From assembly GCA_034440375.1 (NCBI GenBank), contig JAWXBZ010000081.1, positions 1-45,311 of the forward strand: a stretch of DNA of 45,311 nucleotides, in the 5' to 3' direction. The translations under genes were made by a program, and so were the position numbers. Of the stretch, positions 18,901 through 26,144 are shown in pieces (the first letter of the stretch is position 1; the number at the start of each line of letters is the position of its first letter). Source of the DNA: Candidatus Eiseniibacteriota bacterium. GTDB taxonomy: Bacteria > Eisenbacteria > RBG-16-71-46 > JABDJR01 > JAWXBZ01. Below the pieces are notes generated by a model that saw only the letters and a list, made by a program, of their open reading frames with translations, had not been told where the DNA came from and searched no databases.

Positions 18901-19174
18901 TGTTGATTGACGAACCAACACCCGAGTCGAAAGACCAGTGGCTATCGCGAACAGCTTCCCAGCGGAGCGAATCGGAGGCCCAGAAGGTGCCGCCGTAGCC
19001 GACTGTGTCCGTATAGATATGGGACGAAAGACCGGAAGTCCCCGACGACCGGCTCTCGAGGCCCAGTTCGGGGACCTCGGGGCGGATCTCGGAGATTCTG
19101 TCCACGGGCTTGCCCGAAGCCATCGTCGTCAGGGCAACAACGAGAGCGAGGGAAATACCCAGAACCTTGCGCAT
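15926..19174 (-). CDS. Large Cys-rich secreted protein with FlgD-Ig/T9SS-like C-terminal sorting domain (candidate major surface protein)
   Basis: GGAGGT RBS then ATG 19174. Sec signal MRKVLGISLALVVALTTMASG. CTD AYPNPMNPTTRIQF...VEIFDVTGRLVRSL...WDG...VPSGMYFYRM...KKLVVSK. 1082 aa. Confidence 0.85.
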   Translation of the reverse strand: MRKVLGISLALVVALTTMASGKPVDRISEIRPEVPELGLESRSSGTSGLSSHIYTDTVGYGGTFWASDSLRWEAVRDSHWSFDSGVGSSINTGANPNKPIGYHQQFEGWTGIDQTLNPLPYFRRSSTCAISGSFSLWAGVTLAEANSLCFAGGQGYGNNWNLVVSKTFAYSGTGNVAFSFQYAYDVEIGFDFVYAYIDTTGNGSATDIELFNQTGAGSGSAAITLNPGQDMRSDAGSYTIKFVVNADGSYSDEDGLNPTVCGAFAVDNINVGADVTDFEAGSNGWVQETPVTGVGDFTNIELLGNLSPPAVFCPCGLRDSVLVFFDLLDGHPLDQDNIAVSPWIDLLAGGDAGRPGRLMLYDVYAEMPIANYVFVQLRARFYPDVCLATGLLIQTAFRDQNIVFYFGEAPFCNPANAPRLRDYSAVISPGAQQVQLAFGMLNLCRTQPFAPPNCSNITNQTPYMDNISLGVYGGATRPAVNTTTFDRFQDNFAADGTLNPASPGRLDQNRLKGSSVPSTGTILGDTLNARGNGGNVEVRLVFKVETGPFVNGATLAGYVARWTSEPTLNARYGGTWYSARMDTAQQAGTASVGVWMGTFHEADPGFVGTDTSVDANDPNRLANDIIPDHLFTPGSRIDYFVASRYLPPDPRNPGGTSWNTDPDTLGGVVNMREAEILPSSMAADSTWNCVLYVDHHDDRSLFDQQLEETGLRTSLGLGGNNPEGTRHDRFDNQTPSSIQMSFGRPLATQYGASQIQVFAYKVIGWHGATLGSGVLTSEDAAILNPWLVIRAIGNNNFWGSGEGIMQSMHVSGGLARSFMNNTLGVLQNCTSIRLAGCGGAAIDTSYCIPTLAVGGAYFASTIQPRGRGNGCPDLLAFDRLSTNGAVATARGQMSYNRLVPGQGGVLTPVNFASVTNFNTVDVTFKTVLDGISVGRMRSNAGFFGVGCDDVNASYARTDDVHDWFSSASICRLPAALVDVPVFGGPQPPAFRHALGNAYPNPMNPTTRIQFTNGVSNGRVKVEIFDVTGRLVRSLVNEKLPAGVHEVTWDGASEGGSTVPSGMYFYRMTAEDFVSAKKLVVSK

Positions 19175-19535
19175 ATTAATACCTCCATCGTTGCATCGCA
19201 GGCTATCTACTGTTGCATGTCGAGCGAGAATCGCAGCCTCGTGATGGACGGTGACATCCATCTCGTTTCGCGGTTTGGTAAGACCCCCTTTCGACTGGTG
19301 CCAGGCGATGGCAGGAACCTGTTACAAGGATCGGCAGTAGGGCCACCACGTCCTGCAGCGATGTTAATCAGGGTGTAGCGCCTTAGCCTTTTGAACCTGG
19401 TGGTGCTGTCTCCGCCGCCTCAGGCCGTGTGTGTGTGAGTTTCGGTCTGCTGGCAGAACCATGTTGCCTTCCCCGAAGGGGGCGCTGGCGCCTGCCTGAC
19501 GATTGGGCGGATTACGACATACCAAACCCGAAGTG

Positions 19536-19564
19536 AGTCTAGAGTATCCACCCGCTGGTGTCAA
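19536..19564 (-). promoter_or_regulatory. Near-consensus sigma70 promoter for the large CTD-protein gene
   Basis: Minus strand TTGACA (19564-19559), 17-nt spacer, TAGACT (19541-19536), with AT-rich sequence upstream. Confidence 0.75.
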
Positions 19565-19665
19565 TACTGTGAATCTGTTAAGTCGAGGCTGGTCGACGAT
19601 ATAACGAGTAAATTTACATCTTCTAAAGCTCGAAAATGCCTGTACGGTGGGCACTTGGAACCGCG

Positions 19666-21039
19666 CTACAATGAGAGACGGCCCGATTCGAGGGCAATTT
19701 GGCCGGCCCGACGCACAGTCTCCATGACATGTTGTAACGACTTACCCGTCAACTGACTTATTTTTTGACAGTCATCAAATTCCGGGATGGCCTCCCCCGG
19801 CTTCCCGGGGCGCCGGGTAAATTTGACCCGGGCTTCACCAAGCGGAGTTTCGATGCTGACGACCCGGCGCTCGAGCGCATACCGCCACTCCCGGCCAAGC
19901 CGCACCCCAAGCGTCGAAGAGTGTTGGAACATGAGTGTGGCCAGGCGCCCCTCGTCCGCCGGCTGGCAAACGACCTCGAGGGCAAATCCAGGTCTTCCCT
20001 TCTTCATCAGGCCAGGCGTGACGAGCACGTCCAGGGCTCCGGCGGCCAGTAGCCGGGTCATGAGGTCGGCAATCGCCTGGGGCGTCATGTCATCTACCTG
20101 GGTTGCCAGAAGAGCCACGGATTCCACGATAGCGCCCGAAATCGGTGGCAGTACCCCGGCCGTTGCGGCTGCTTGAATCGCGGTGGTTTCCGGTGCCGCA
20201 CTTCCCAGGAAGGCGCGGAGAATGTTCGGCCGATCGGGCCACTCCCGACGGCCGGCCCCTGCGGCAACCCGTTCAAGTGTCATGACTGGCAGATCCAGTA
20301 CCGGCTCGGCCAGCGTCACCAGAATCGCGGCCCCGGTCGGCGTCACTGTTTCGCCGATAAGATTGACGAAGCGAACCGGGGCTCCTGCCAGGAGGACGAG
20401 AGTGGCCGGGGCCGGCACCGGCCAATTGCCGTGGGCCATCTGAACCTCACCGCGACCCAGAACGAACGGTCCGGTCGTCACTCGATCGATCCCGAGTCGA
20501 TGGAAACCCCATGCCGCGCCGACCACGTCAGCGATGGAATCGAGGGCGCCGACCTCGTGGAAGTGCACCTGGTCGATACCTGTTCCGTGGACCTCGGCCT
20601 CCGCTTCTGCCAGCCGGCGGAAGATGGCCAGCGCCTGTGATCGCACCTCGGCCGGCAGATCCGAGCCCTCCACGAGACGCACGATGTCGGGCAGCCGGCG
20701 AAGGTGGGGGCCATGCTCGTGAGGATGATCGTGACCGTGCTCGTGGGGATGATCGTGACCGTGCTCGTGGGGGTGCTCGCGCGGATGGTCGTGATGGTGG
20801 GCTTGATTGGCCCCCGGCTGGTGGTCCTCAGCCGGCCGGCCGTCAGCCAGCACCTCGACCCGGGTGGCCGGCGCGCCGTTCCGCTCGACCGACGTGGCGA
20901 CGAGCGTCAGTTCCGGGAGGCCAAGACCGCGCAGGGCCTGTTCCATCTCACGCGGGTCGATGCCGAGACCAATCAAGGCGCCCAGCAACATATCCCCGCT
21001 GACACCGCCGACCTGTTCCAGATGCAGCCGCCGTATCAC
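19666..21039 (-). CDS. larC: Nickel-pincer cofactor biosynthesis protein LarC (nickel insertase)
   Basis: Motifs GVSGDMLLGAL, His-rich insert, AEAEVHG...VHFHEVGALDSIADVVG, PVPAPAT, TPTGAAIL, PNILR, VDDM, MKKGRPG, PEFDDC. Confidence 0.95.
   Translation of the reverse strand: MIRRLHLEQVGGVSGDMLLGALIGLGIDPREMEQALRGLGLPELTLVATSVERNGAPATRVEVLADGRPAEDHQPGANQAHHHDHPREHPHEHGHDHPHEHGHDHPHEHGPHLRRLPDIVRLVEGSDLPAEVRSQALAIFRRLAEAEAEVHGTGIDQVHFHEVGALDSIADVVGAAWGFHRLGIDRVTTGPFVLGRGEVQMAHGNWPVPAPATLVLLAGAPVRFVNLIGETVTPTGAAILVTLAEPVLDLPVMTLERVAAGAGRREWPDRPNILRAFLGSAAPETTAIQAAATAGVLPPISGAIVESVALLATQVDDMTPQAIADLMTRLLAAGALDVLVTPGLMKKGRPGFALEVVCQPADEGRLATLMFQHSSTLGVRLGREWRYALERRVVSIETPLGEARVKFTRRPGKPGEAIPEFDDCQKISQLTGKSLQHVMETVRRAGQIALESGRLSL
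20714..20800 (-). repeat. 24-bp tandem repeat encoding the His-rich tract (HGHDHPHE)n of LarC
   Basis: TGCTCGTG(A/G)GGATGATCGTGACCG at 20714-20737 and 20738-20761, followed by degenerate copies. Confidence 0.85.
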
Positions 21040-21803
21040 GCACCCTCCCGGGGGGGCCGCGAACGCCGGGCGATGAGTCCGGCCGCGTAGCCGGCACCGA
21101 AGCCATTGTCGATATTGACCACGGTCACGCCCGAGGCGCAGGAGTTGAGCATGCCCAGGAGCGCCGCCAGGCCACCGAACGAAGCGCCGTAGCCTACGCT
21201 CGTGGGAACCGCGATCACTGGTATGTCGACCAGTCCGGCCACAACGCTCGGCAGCGCGCCCTCCATTCCGGCAACCACGACGAGCACCTCCTGGTCACGA
21301 AACTCAACGATGCGGGCCAGAAGCCGATGAACCCCGGCCACCCCCACGTCCGTGATGCGCGTCACCTCGTGGCCGAAGAGCGACGCGGTCAACGCAGCTT
21401 CGGCCGCCACGGGCACGTCAGCCGTGCCGGCGGTGATCACCCCGACCCGTCCGCCGGTTGGAAGCGTCGATCCGCGACGAAAGAAAGCGCGCGCCGCGAC
21501 ATCATGCTGCAACTCAGGAAACCGGATCGATAACCGGAGGGCCAATTCGTCGCTGACTCGGGTGATCAGCAGGCGATCCGAACGGTTGAGGATGGCGACA
21601 GCGGCCGCCTCGACCTGCTCCGCGGTCTTTCCGGTGGCGAGGATGACTTCTGGAAATCCACAGCGAAGCTCCCGGTGGTGATCGATGGTCAGGTCAGCCA
21701 GCACCTCCCCCGGAAGATGACGAAGGCGTCCGACGGCCTCGTCGGTCGACGCTGTACCCTCACGGACGGCGGCCAGGAGGTCCCGCAATTGCTGCTCGTT
21801 CAT
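21036..21803 (-). CDS. larB: Nickel-pincer cofactor biosynthesis protein LarB (PurE-like carboxylase)
   Basis: Motifs IDHHRELRCGFPEV, TAGTADVPVA, DVGVAGVHRL, AGMEGALPSVV, VPTSVGYG, MLNSCASG, VVNIDNGFGA. Confidence 0.96.
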   Translation of the reverse strand: MNEQQLRDLLAAVREGTASTDEAVGRLRHLPGEVLADLTIDHHRELRCGFPEVILATGKTAEQVEAAAVAILNRSDRLLITRVSDELALRLSIRFPELQHDVAARAFFRRGSTLPTGGRVGVITAGTADVPVAAEAALTASLFGHEVTRITDVGVAGVHRLLARIVEFRDQEVLVVVAGMEGALPSVVAGLVDIPVIAVPTSVGYGASFGGLAALLGMLNSCASGVTVVNIDNGFGAGYAAGLIARRSRPPREGA

Positions 21804-22438
21804 GATTCGAGCCAGGATTCCAGGTGCCCGCGAACATCGGCCCAGACACGTTCGGGATCTCGTATCGTGTCGATGACCCGGAACCGGGCCGGCTCGGCGG
21901 CGGCCAGGTCGAGGTACGCTTGTCGAACCCCTTCGTGAAACGCCAGCGACTCGGCTTCCAGCCGGTCGGGTGGGGCAACGGATCCGGCACGGCGGCGAGC
22001 CCGATCGAGACCGGTGTCGGCAGGAAGATCGAATAGCAGCGTCAACTCCGGTTGGCGGCCCCGGGTCGCCAGCGCATTCAGACGACGGGCCGTTTCAATG
22101 CCAACACCGCGCATGGCTCCCTGATAGGCCAGTGTCGCGTCCGCGTGCCGGTCACCGAGGACGATCGCACCGGCGGCAAGGCCAGGCTCGACCACCTGTC
22201 GAACATTTTCCGCGCGGTCCGCAAGATATAGGAAAAGCTCGGACTCGCCCCCCAGCTCCGTTTGCGGATCGAGCAGTAATTGGCGGATCGTCCCGCCCGC
22301 CGCCGTTCCTCCCGGTTCCCTGGTCGTGACCACCAGGAGCCCCTTCGAAGCAAGCCATTCGGCGGCACGGCGAAGCTGTGTCGACTTTCCGGACCCCTCG
22401 ATTCCCTCGAAAGTGATGAAGCGACCCGGCGTTGTCAT
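21800..22438 (-). CDS. tmk: Thymidylate kinase
   Basis: P-loop FITFEGIEGSGKST, REPGGT, DRH, AYQG, DRLE. Start placed at ATG 22438, just after the upstream stop. Confidence 0.95.
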   Translation of the reverse strand: MTTPGRFITFEGIEGSGKSTQLRRAAEWLASKGLLVVTTREPGGTAAGGTIRQLLLDPQTELGGESELFLYLADRAENVRQVVEPGLAAGAIVLGDRHADATLAYQGAMRGVGIETARRLNALATRGRQPELTLLFDLPADTGLDRARRRAGSVAPPDRLEAESLAFHEGVRQAYLDLAAAEPARFRVIDTIRDPERVWADVRGHLESWLES

Positions 22439-22439
22439 G

Positions 22440-23030
22440 TCAGCCGGCCTCGGAACGAAGTCGTCCACGGACATGGAGGATTCTTTGCAAGGCGGTAATG
22501 TGTGTCAACACGGCCAGACCGCGGAGCGCCCAGATCAGCACCGTCGGACCGAGGGCCGTGGCCGCGATGAGCAGGACAAGCCGTTCCGGCCGCTCCATGA
22601 GGCCGACGCTGCAGTCAAGGCCGAGCCCCTCGGCCCGCGCCCGCGCGTAGGAAACGAGGATCGAGCCCGCCGCCGCCACGCAAACGACAGCCACGTCGAC
22701 CGGCGTTCCATGGGCCGCAAAGTAGACGGCATAGCCGACGAACAGGCCGAGTTCGGCGTAGCGGTCAATCGTGGAATCGAGGAATGCGCCGAAGCGGGAA
22801 CCGTTGCCTTTGAGACGGGCCAGGCCCCCGTCGAGCATGTCGCAGATGCTGCCGGCCAGCAGAAGAATGGTTGCCGTTCCGAAACGCCCGAAGGCCACCG
22901 ACACGGCGGCTGCCAGTGACAGTATCAGCCCGGCAAACGTCACCTGGTTCGGGGTTACGCCGAGCCCATCGAGGAACCGAACCAGGGGATCGGCCAGGCG
23001 ACGGGCGCCATTCTTGATTCGGCTCTTCAC
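22440..23030 (-). CDS. CDP-alcohol phosphatidyltransferase (phosphatidylinositol-phosphate synthase-like subgroup)
   Basis: Motifs TPNQVT, DMLDGGLAR...FGAFLDSTIDRYAE, VSYARARAEGLG, GLMERPER. Confidence 0.9.
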   Translation of the reverse strand: MKSRIKNGARRLADPLVRFLDGLGVTPNQVTFAGLILSLAAAVSVAFGRFGTATILLLAGSICDMLDGGLARLKGNGSRFGAFLDSTIDRYAELGLFVGYAVYFAAHGTPVDVAVVCVAAAGSILVSYARARAEGLGLDCSVGLMERPERLVLLIAATALGPTVLIWALRGLAVLTHITALQRILHVRGRLRSEAG

Positions 23031-24094
23031 CGGGCCGCCACCGGTCGGGCCGGAATGCCGGCCAGGACTTGATTCAAAACGTACCCGGCTCGTTCGATTC
23101 CGGCATCATCGACATCGAGATGTGTGACCGCACGGAGGCGACCCGGCCCGAAATCGGACATCAGAATGGCCTCGGCGGCCAGCCGACGGCGAATCTCCAC
23201 GACGTCGAATCGATCCGTGGGGAGTTGCCAGATGACGATGTTTGTTTCCGGTCGGCCACCAAGAACCGACGCCCCCTCCGGCAGGTCGACGAGGTCCGCC
23301 AGGCGCCGCGCCCGTCGGTGATCGTCCACAAGTCGTTCCCGATGATGTGCCAGGGCGTGGAGGCAGGCGGCCGCCAGTATCCCCGCCTGGCGCATTCCGC
23401 CGCCGAAGAGTTTTCGGGTCCGGTGGGCCTCGCGAATGAACGCCACTGGTCCGGCCAGCGCGGAACCAACCGGCGCGCCGAGCCCCTTTGAATAGCAGAC
23501 CATGACCGTGTCCGCCGGCCCGGCCAGATCGGCCGGCGGCGCGGACAACGCCGCAGCCGCATTCCATACTCGGGCGCCGTCCAGATGCAGCGGAATACCG
23601 TGAGCACCGAGGCGTGCGGCCAATTCGGTCATGGCGGCGGCCGGGTAAATGCGGCCACCATGCCGATTGTGCGTGTTTTCGACACACGCCAGCACCGTTG
23701 GAGCATGGTGTGGGTCGTCGTCCAGCACGAGGGCGGCCTCCACCCGGGCCGGGTCAAGGCCGCCGGCTTTCGAGGGGAGCGGACGGAGGGTGACGCGCGC
23801 CAGAGCCGCGGGGGCACCCCCTTCCGAGCACATGACATGACTCAGTTCCTCGACAATTACCTCGCGCCCGGGGCGACCATGCACCCAGAGAGCAATCTCG
23901 TTTCCCATGTGACCCGACGGGATGTAGAGGGCCGCCTCCTTGCCGAGAAGTCGGGCGGTGGTCTCCTCCAGCAATCGGACGGTCGGGTCCTCGCCGAAGA
24001 CATCGTCGCCAACCTCGGCAGCTGCCATGGCCTGGCGCATGGCCTCAGTCGGGCGCGACACCGTGTCGCTGCGCAGGTCGATTGGGAGATTCAT
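23027..24094 (-). CDS. ltaE: Low-specificity L-threonine aldolase
   Basis: Motifs DLRSDT, VGDDVFGEDPT, ENTHN, HLDGAR, PLP-Lys SKGLGAPVGS, GGGMRQAG. Confidence 0.93.
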   Translation of the reverse strand: MNLPIDLRSDTVSRPTEAMRQAMAAAEVGDDVFGEDPTVRLLEETTARLLGKEAALYIPSGHMGNEIALWVHGRPGREVIVEELSHVMCSEGGAPAALARVTLRPLPSKAGGLDPARVEAALVLDDDPHHAPTVLACVENTHNRHGGRIYPAAAMTELAARLGAHGIPLHLDGARVWNAAAALSAPPADLAGPADTVMVCYSKGLGAPVGSALAGPVAFIREAHRTRKLFGGGMRQAGILAAACLHALAHHRERLVDDHRRARRLADLVDLPEGASVLGGRPETNIVIWQLPTDRFDVVEIRRRLAAEAILMSDFGPGRLRAVTHLDVDDAGIERAGYVLNQVLAGIPARPVAAR

Positions 24095-24102
24095 GAGTAT
24101 CT

Positions 24103-24165
24103 GAAATTAATTACAGGGTGGCGGAAATTGATTCCTGGGTGGCGGAACCTGGTGCCTGGCTGCCG
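24103..24165. repeat. Three imperfect 21-bp direct repeats
   Basis: GAAATTAATTACAGGGTGGCG / GAAATTGATTCCTGGGTGGCG / GAACCTGGTGCCTGGCTGCCG, head to tail, immediately upstream of ltaE. Confidence 0.8.
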
Positions 24166-24295
24166 GAGTCCGGCAATCAGCCGGTGGCCCGGGACGACCG
24201 TCGCGGTTCCGACTTGAGCCCGGCGGCCGGTTGATGGATGATCGTGTCGGGTCGTCGTTCGACGGTCCGTCTCAATGTAAGGAGGTTTGATTCTC

Positions 24296-24991
24296 ATGCC
24301 GTTCGGTTTCTTCGATCCGACCATGCTGTTGATACTGCCCGGTCTGGCGTTCGCCATGTGGGCTCAGTACAAGGTGCGTTCCACTTATGAAAAATGGTCA
24401 CGCGTTCCCTCGTCCCGGGGAGAGACCGGCGAGGCGATCGCCCGTTCCATCCTGAGCCGAAACGCCCTGCCCAACGTGACGGTCGGGCCCGTGCCGGGCA
24501 CGCTGTCGGATCACTACGATCCGCGGGCCAAGACCGTGAATCTGTCCGAGGGAATCTATCACAGTAAATCGGTGGCCGCTCTGAGTGTGGCCGCCCACGA
24601 ATGCGGCCATGCCATGCAGGACAAGGAAGGCTACTCCCCGCTTCAGTTTCGCAGCGCCATTGTGCCGGTGGCGGGCTTCAGTTCCATGGCGGCTTTTCCT
24701 CTTTTCTTCGTCGGCTTCCTGTTCGGGCAAGGAAGCCTGGCCTTCCTGATGGATCTTGGGATCATCCTGTTTGGTGCCGCGCTCGCTTTTCACGTGATTA
24801 CACTGCCTGTGGAGTTCAATGCCTCCAGCCGGGCCATGGCCCAACTCGAAAACGGCGGCTATCTGTCGGCCGGTGAAATTGAAGGAGCGCGCGAGGTGCT
24901 GAATGCCGCGGCACTTACGTACGTCGCGGCGACGGCCATGGCGGCCCTGCAGTTGATCCGCATGGTGCTGCTCCGCAATTCCCGGAACTGA
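24296..24991 (+). CDS. Membrane zinc metallopeptidase (YugP/Zn_peptidase_2 family)
   Basis: AAGGAGGT RBS. Motifs LSDHYDP, VAAHECGHAMQ (HExxH), TLPVEFNASSRA, VLNAAALTYVA. Confidence 0.92.
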   Translation: MPFGFFDPTMLLILPGLAFAMWAQYKVRSTYEKWSRVPSSRGETGEAIARSILSRNALPNVTVGPVPGTLSDHYDPRAKTVNLSEGIYHSKSVAALSVAAHECGHAMQDKEGYSPLQFRSAIVPVAGFSSMAAFPLFFVGFLFGQGSLAFLMDLGIILFGAALAFHVITLPVEFNASSRAMAQLENGGYLSAGEIEGAREVLNAAALTYVAATAMAALQLIRMVLLRNSRN

Positions 24992-25027
24992 CCGAAAGGC
25001 GCTCGGCCGCATGGAGCCGCCCGATCC

Positions 25028-25069
25028 AAAAAATTTGAGGGACGAACCGTATAACGGTTCGTCCCTCAA
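25028..25069 (-). terminator. Intrinsic terminator between the convergent peptidase and HU/IHF genes
   Basis: Perfect 16-bp inverted repeat TTGAGGGACGAACCGT-ATA-ACGGTTCGTCCCTCAA (25035-25069) with a T run on the minus strand. Confidence 0.85.
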
Positions 25070-25108
25070 CATCTTGCGGTCGTTTGTATGTACGAAGTTT
25101 CCTGAGGA

Positions 25109-25411
25109 TCAGAGTCCGATTGGCGCATCAATCGAGTCGGTAGCCACGCGATCCTTGAGTTCCTTTGACACCTTGAACACTGGCACTTTGCGCGACGGCA
25201 CATGAACGGCCGCTCCGGTGCGGGGATTACGGGCCGTTCGCGGCTTCCGGTCCTTGACCTTGAACGTTCCGAAGCCACGTATCTCAATGTGTTTGCCGGC
25301 TGTCAACGCTCGAGATACCGCCTCGAGAAACTCGTCGACTGTGTCGGCGACATCCTTCTTGGTCAGACCCGTACGCTGGGCTATTTCATCCACGAGATCT
25401 GCTTTGGTCAT
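25109..25411 (-). CDS. HU/IHF family DNA-binding protein (IHF-beta-like signature)
   Basis: AAGGAGG RBS. Sequence MTKADLVDEIA...IEIRGFGTF...RTARNPRTG...VPVFKVSKELKDRV. Confidence 0.95.
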   Translation of the reverse strand: MTKADLVDEIAQRTGLTKKDVADTVDEFLEAVSRALTAGKHIEIRGFGTFKVKDRKPRTARNPRTGAAVHVPSRKVPVFKVSKELKDRVATDSIDAPIGL

Positions 25412-25522
25412 CACGGCCTCCTTTGACCACCGTCCCCGAAATCGTCTTAGCCAACACTGGATTGGGAATTGATCTCGCCAGATGCCCACGGATGATCGGC
25501 ACTGATGTCGTTAACGCGAAGA

Positions 25523-25551
25523 AAGCTAACACGCTATCTTGCATTGGTCAA
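25523..25551 (-). promoter_or_regulatory. Sigma70-type promoter of the HU/IHF gene
   Basis: Minus strand TTGACC (25551-25546), 17-nt spacer, TAGCTT (25528-25523) with an extended -10 TG. Confidence 0.6.
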
Positions 25552-25700
25552 ACCATTTGTTTCCCCCGCTCAACGCGAATTGTGAGATGGCGACTTTAGC
25601 GGGGTGCAATCGGGATAGATGGGGGTGCCGGGTTTCATGGAATTCCACTCCGGACCCAGTTGATAGTAGCTAACTATTTGAAAACAAACAAATTGACGCC

Positions 25701-26144
25701 CTAGCGTCCCCCGGCGGCACCGCCGTTGGCCCGGGCATAGATGCCGGCCGGCTCCAGAATTACCACCTCCAGGGCCGGAACTCCGTCCGGCAGAACAACA
25801 TCGGACCCGATGAATTGTCGAAAGACCAGGCTTCCGGCTTCGGCCAGACAAAGGTCAGCCCGAACCCGCAGGGGGGCGGCTCGGAGTCGCTGCATATCCC
25901 GCGGAGAAGCACGAATCTTGACGGTGGCACTGTCAGGCAGAGAGCCGCGTCCGGGATCCTCACTAGCGCAGCTCCATTCCATTGGAATCCGAAAAATGGC
26001 AATGGTCTCGGACGCGCGGTGAACATGCAGGTAGAGCGCGGTGGCCAGAAAAATTGCGGCCAGCTTCAGACCAAGATCCCGAAAAAAACGCCGGAACAGC
26101 GAGCCAAAAATTGACGAGGGTCGCGACGAGCCCTGCGCGCTCAG
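25701..26144 (-). CDS. YbbR/CdaR-like single-domain membrane-anchored protein (probable non-canonical CTG start)
   Basis: The frame of ORF 25701-25982 stays open upstream: ...FFRDLGLKLAAIFLATALYLHVHRASETIAIFRIPMEW...PDSATVKIRAS...VRADL...DVVLPDGV...LEP. This matches the YbbR N-terminal anchor and domain pattern. Confidence 0.65.
   Translation of the reverse strand: MSAQGSSRPSSIFGSLFRRFFRDLGLKLAAIFLATALYLHVHRASETIAIFRIPMEWSCASEDPGRGSLPDSATVKIRASPRDMQRLRAAPLRVRADLCLAEAGSLVFRQFIGSDVVLPDGVPALEVVILEPAGIYARANGGAAGGR

Noticed and set aside
19288-19303. TGGCAC on the minus strand as a sigma54 -24 element for the large CTD gene
   Set aside because: There is no TTGC -12 element at the required spacing (it reads TGGCAC-CAGT-CGAA).
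19427-19437. (GT)5 dinucleotide run as a phase-variation tract
   Set aside because: It is too short for appreciable slippage and lies outside the promoter spacer and coding sequence; it is noted only as part of the leader.
19666-21039. Programmed frameshift in larC, as known for split larC1/larC2 genes
   Set aside because: The gene is one continuous ORF covering both domains.
24103-24165. Possible CRISPR or iteron array
   Set aside because: The units are contiguous with no spacers, there are only three degenerate copies, and no cas or rep gene is nearby.
25412-25700. tRNA or other structural RNA in the intergenic DNA upstream of the HU/IHF gene
   Set aside because: I saw no T-loop, cloverleaf, tmRNA, SRP or RNase P hallmark. 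An Rfam scan would be needed to exclude these fully.
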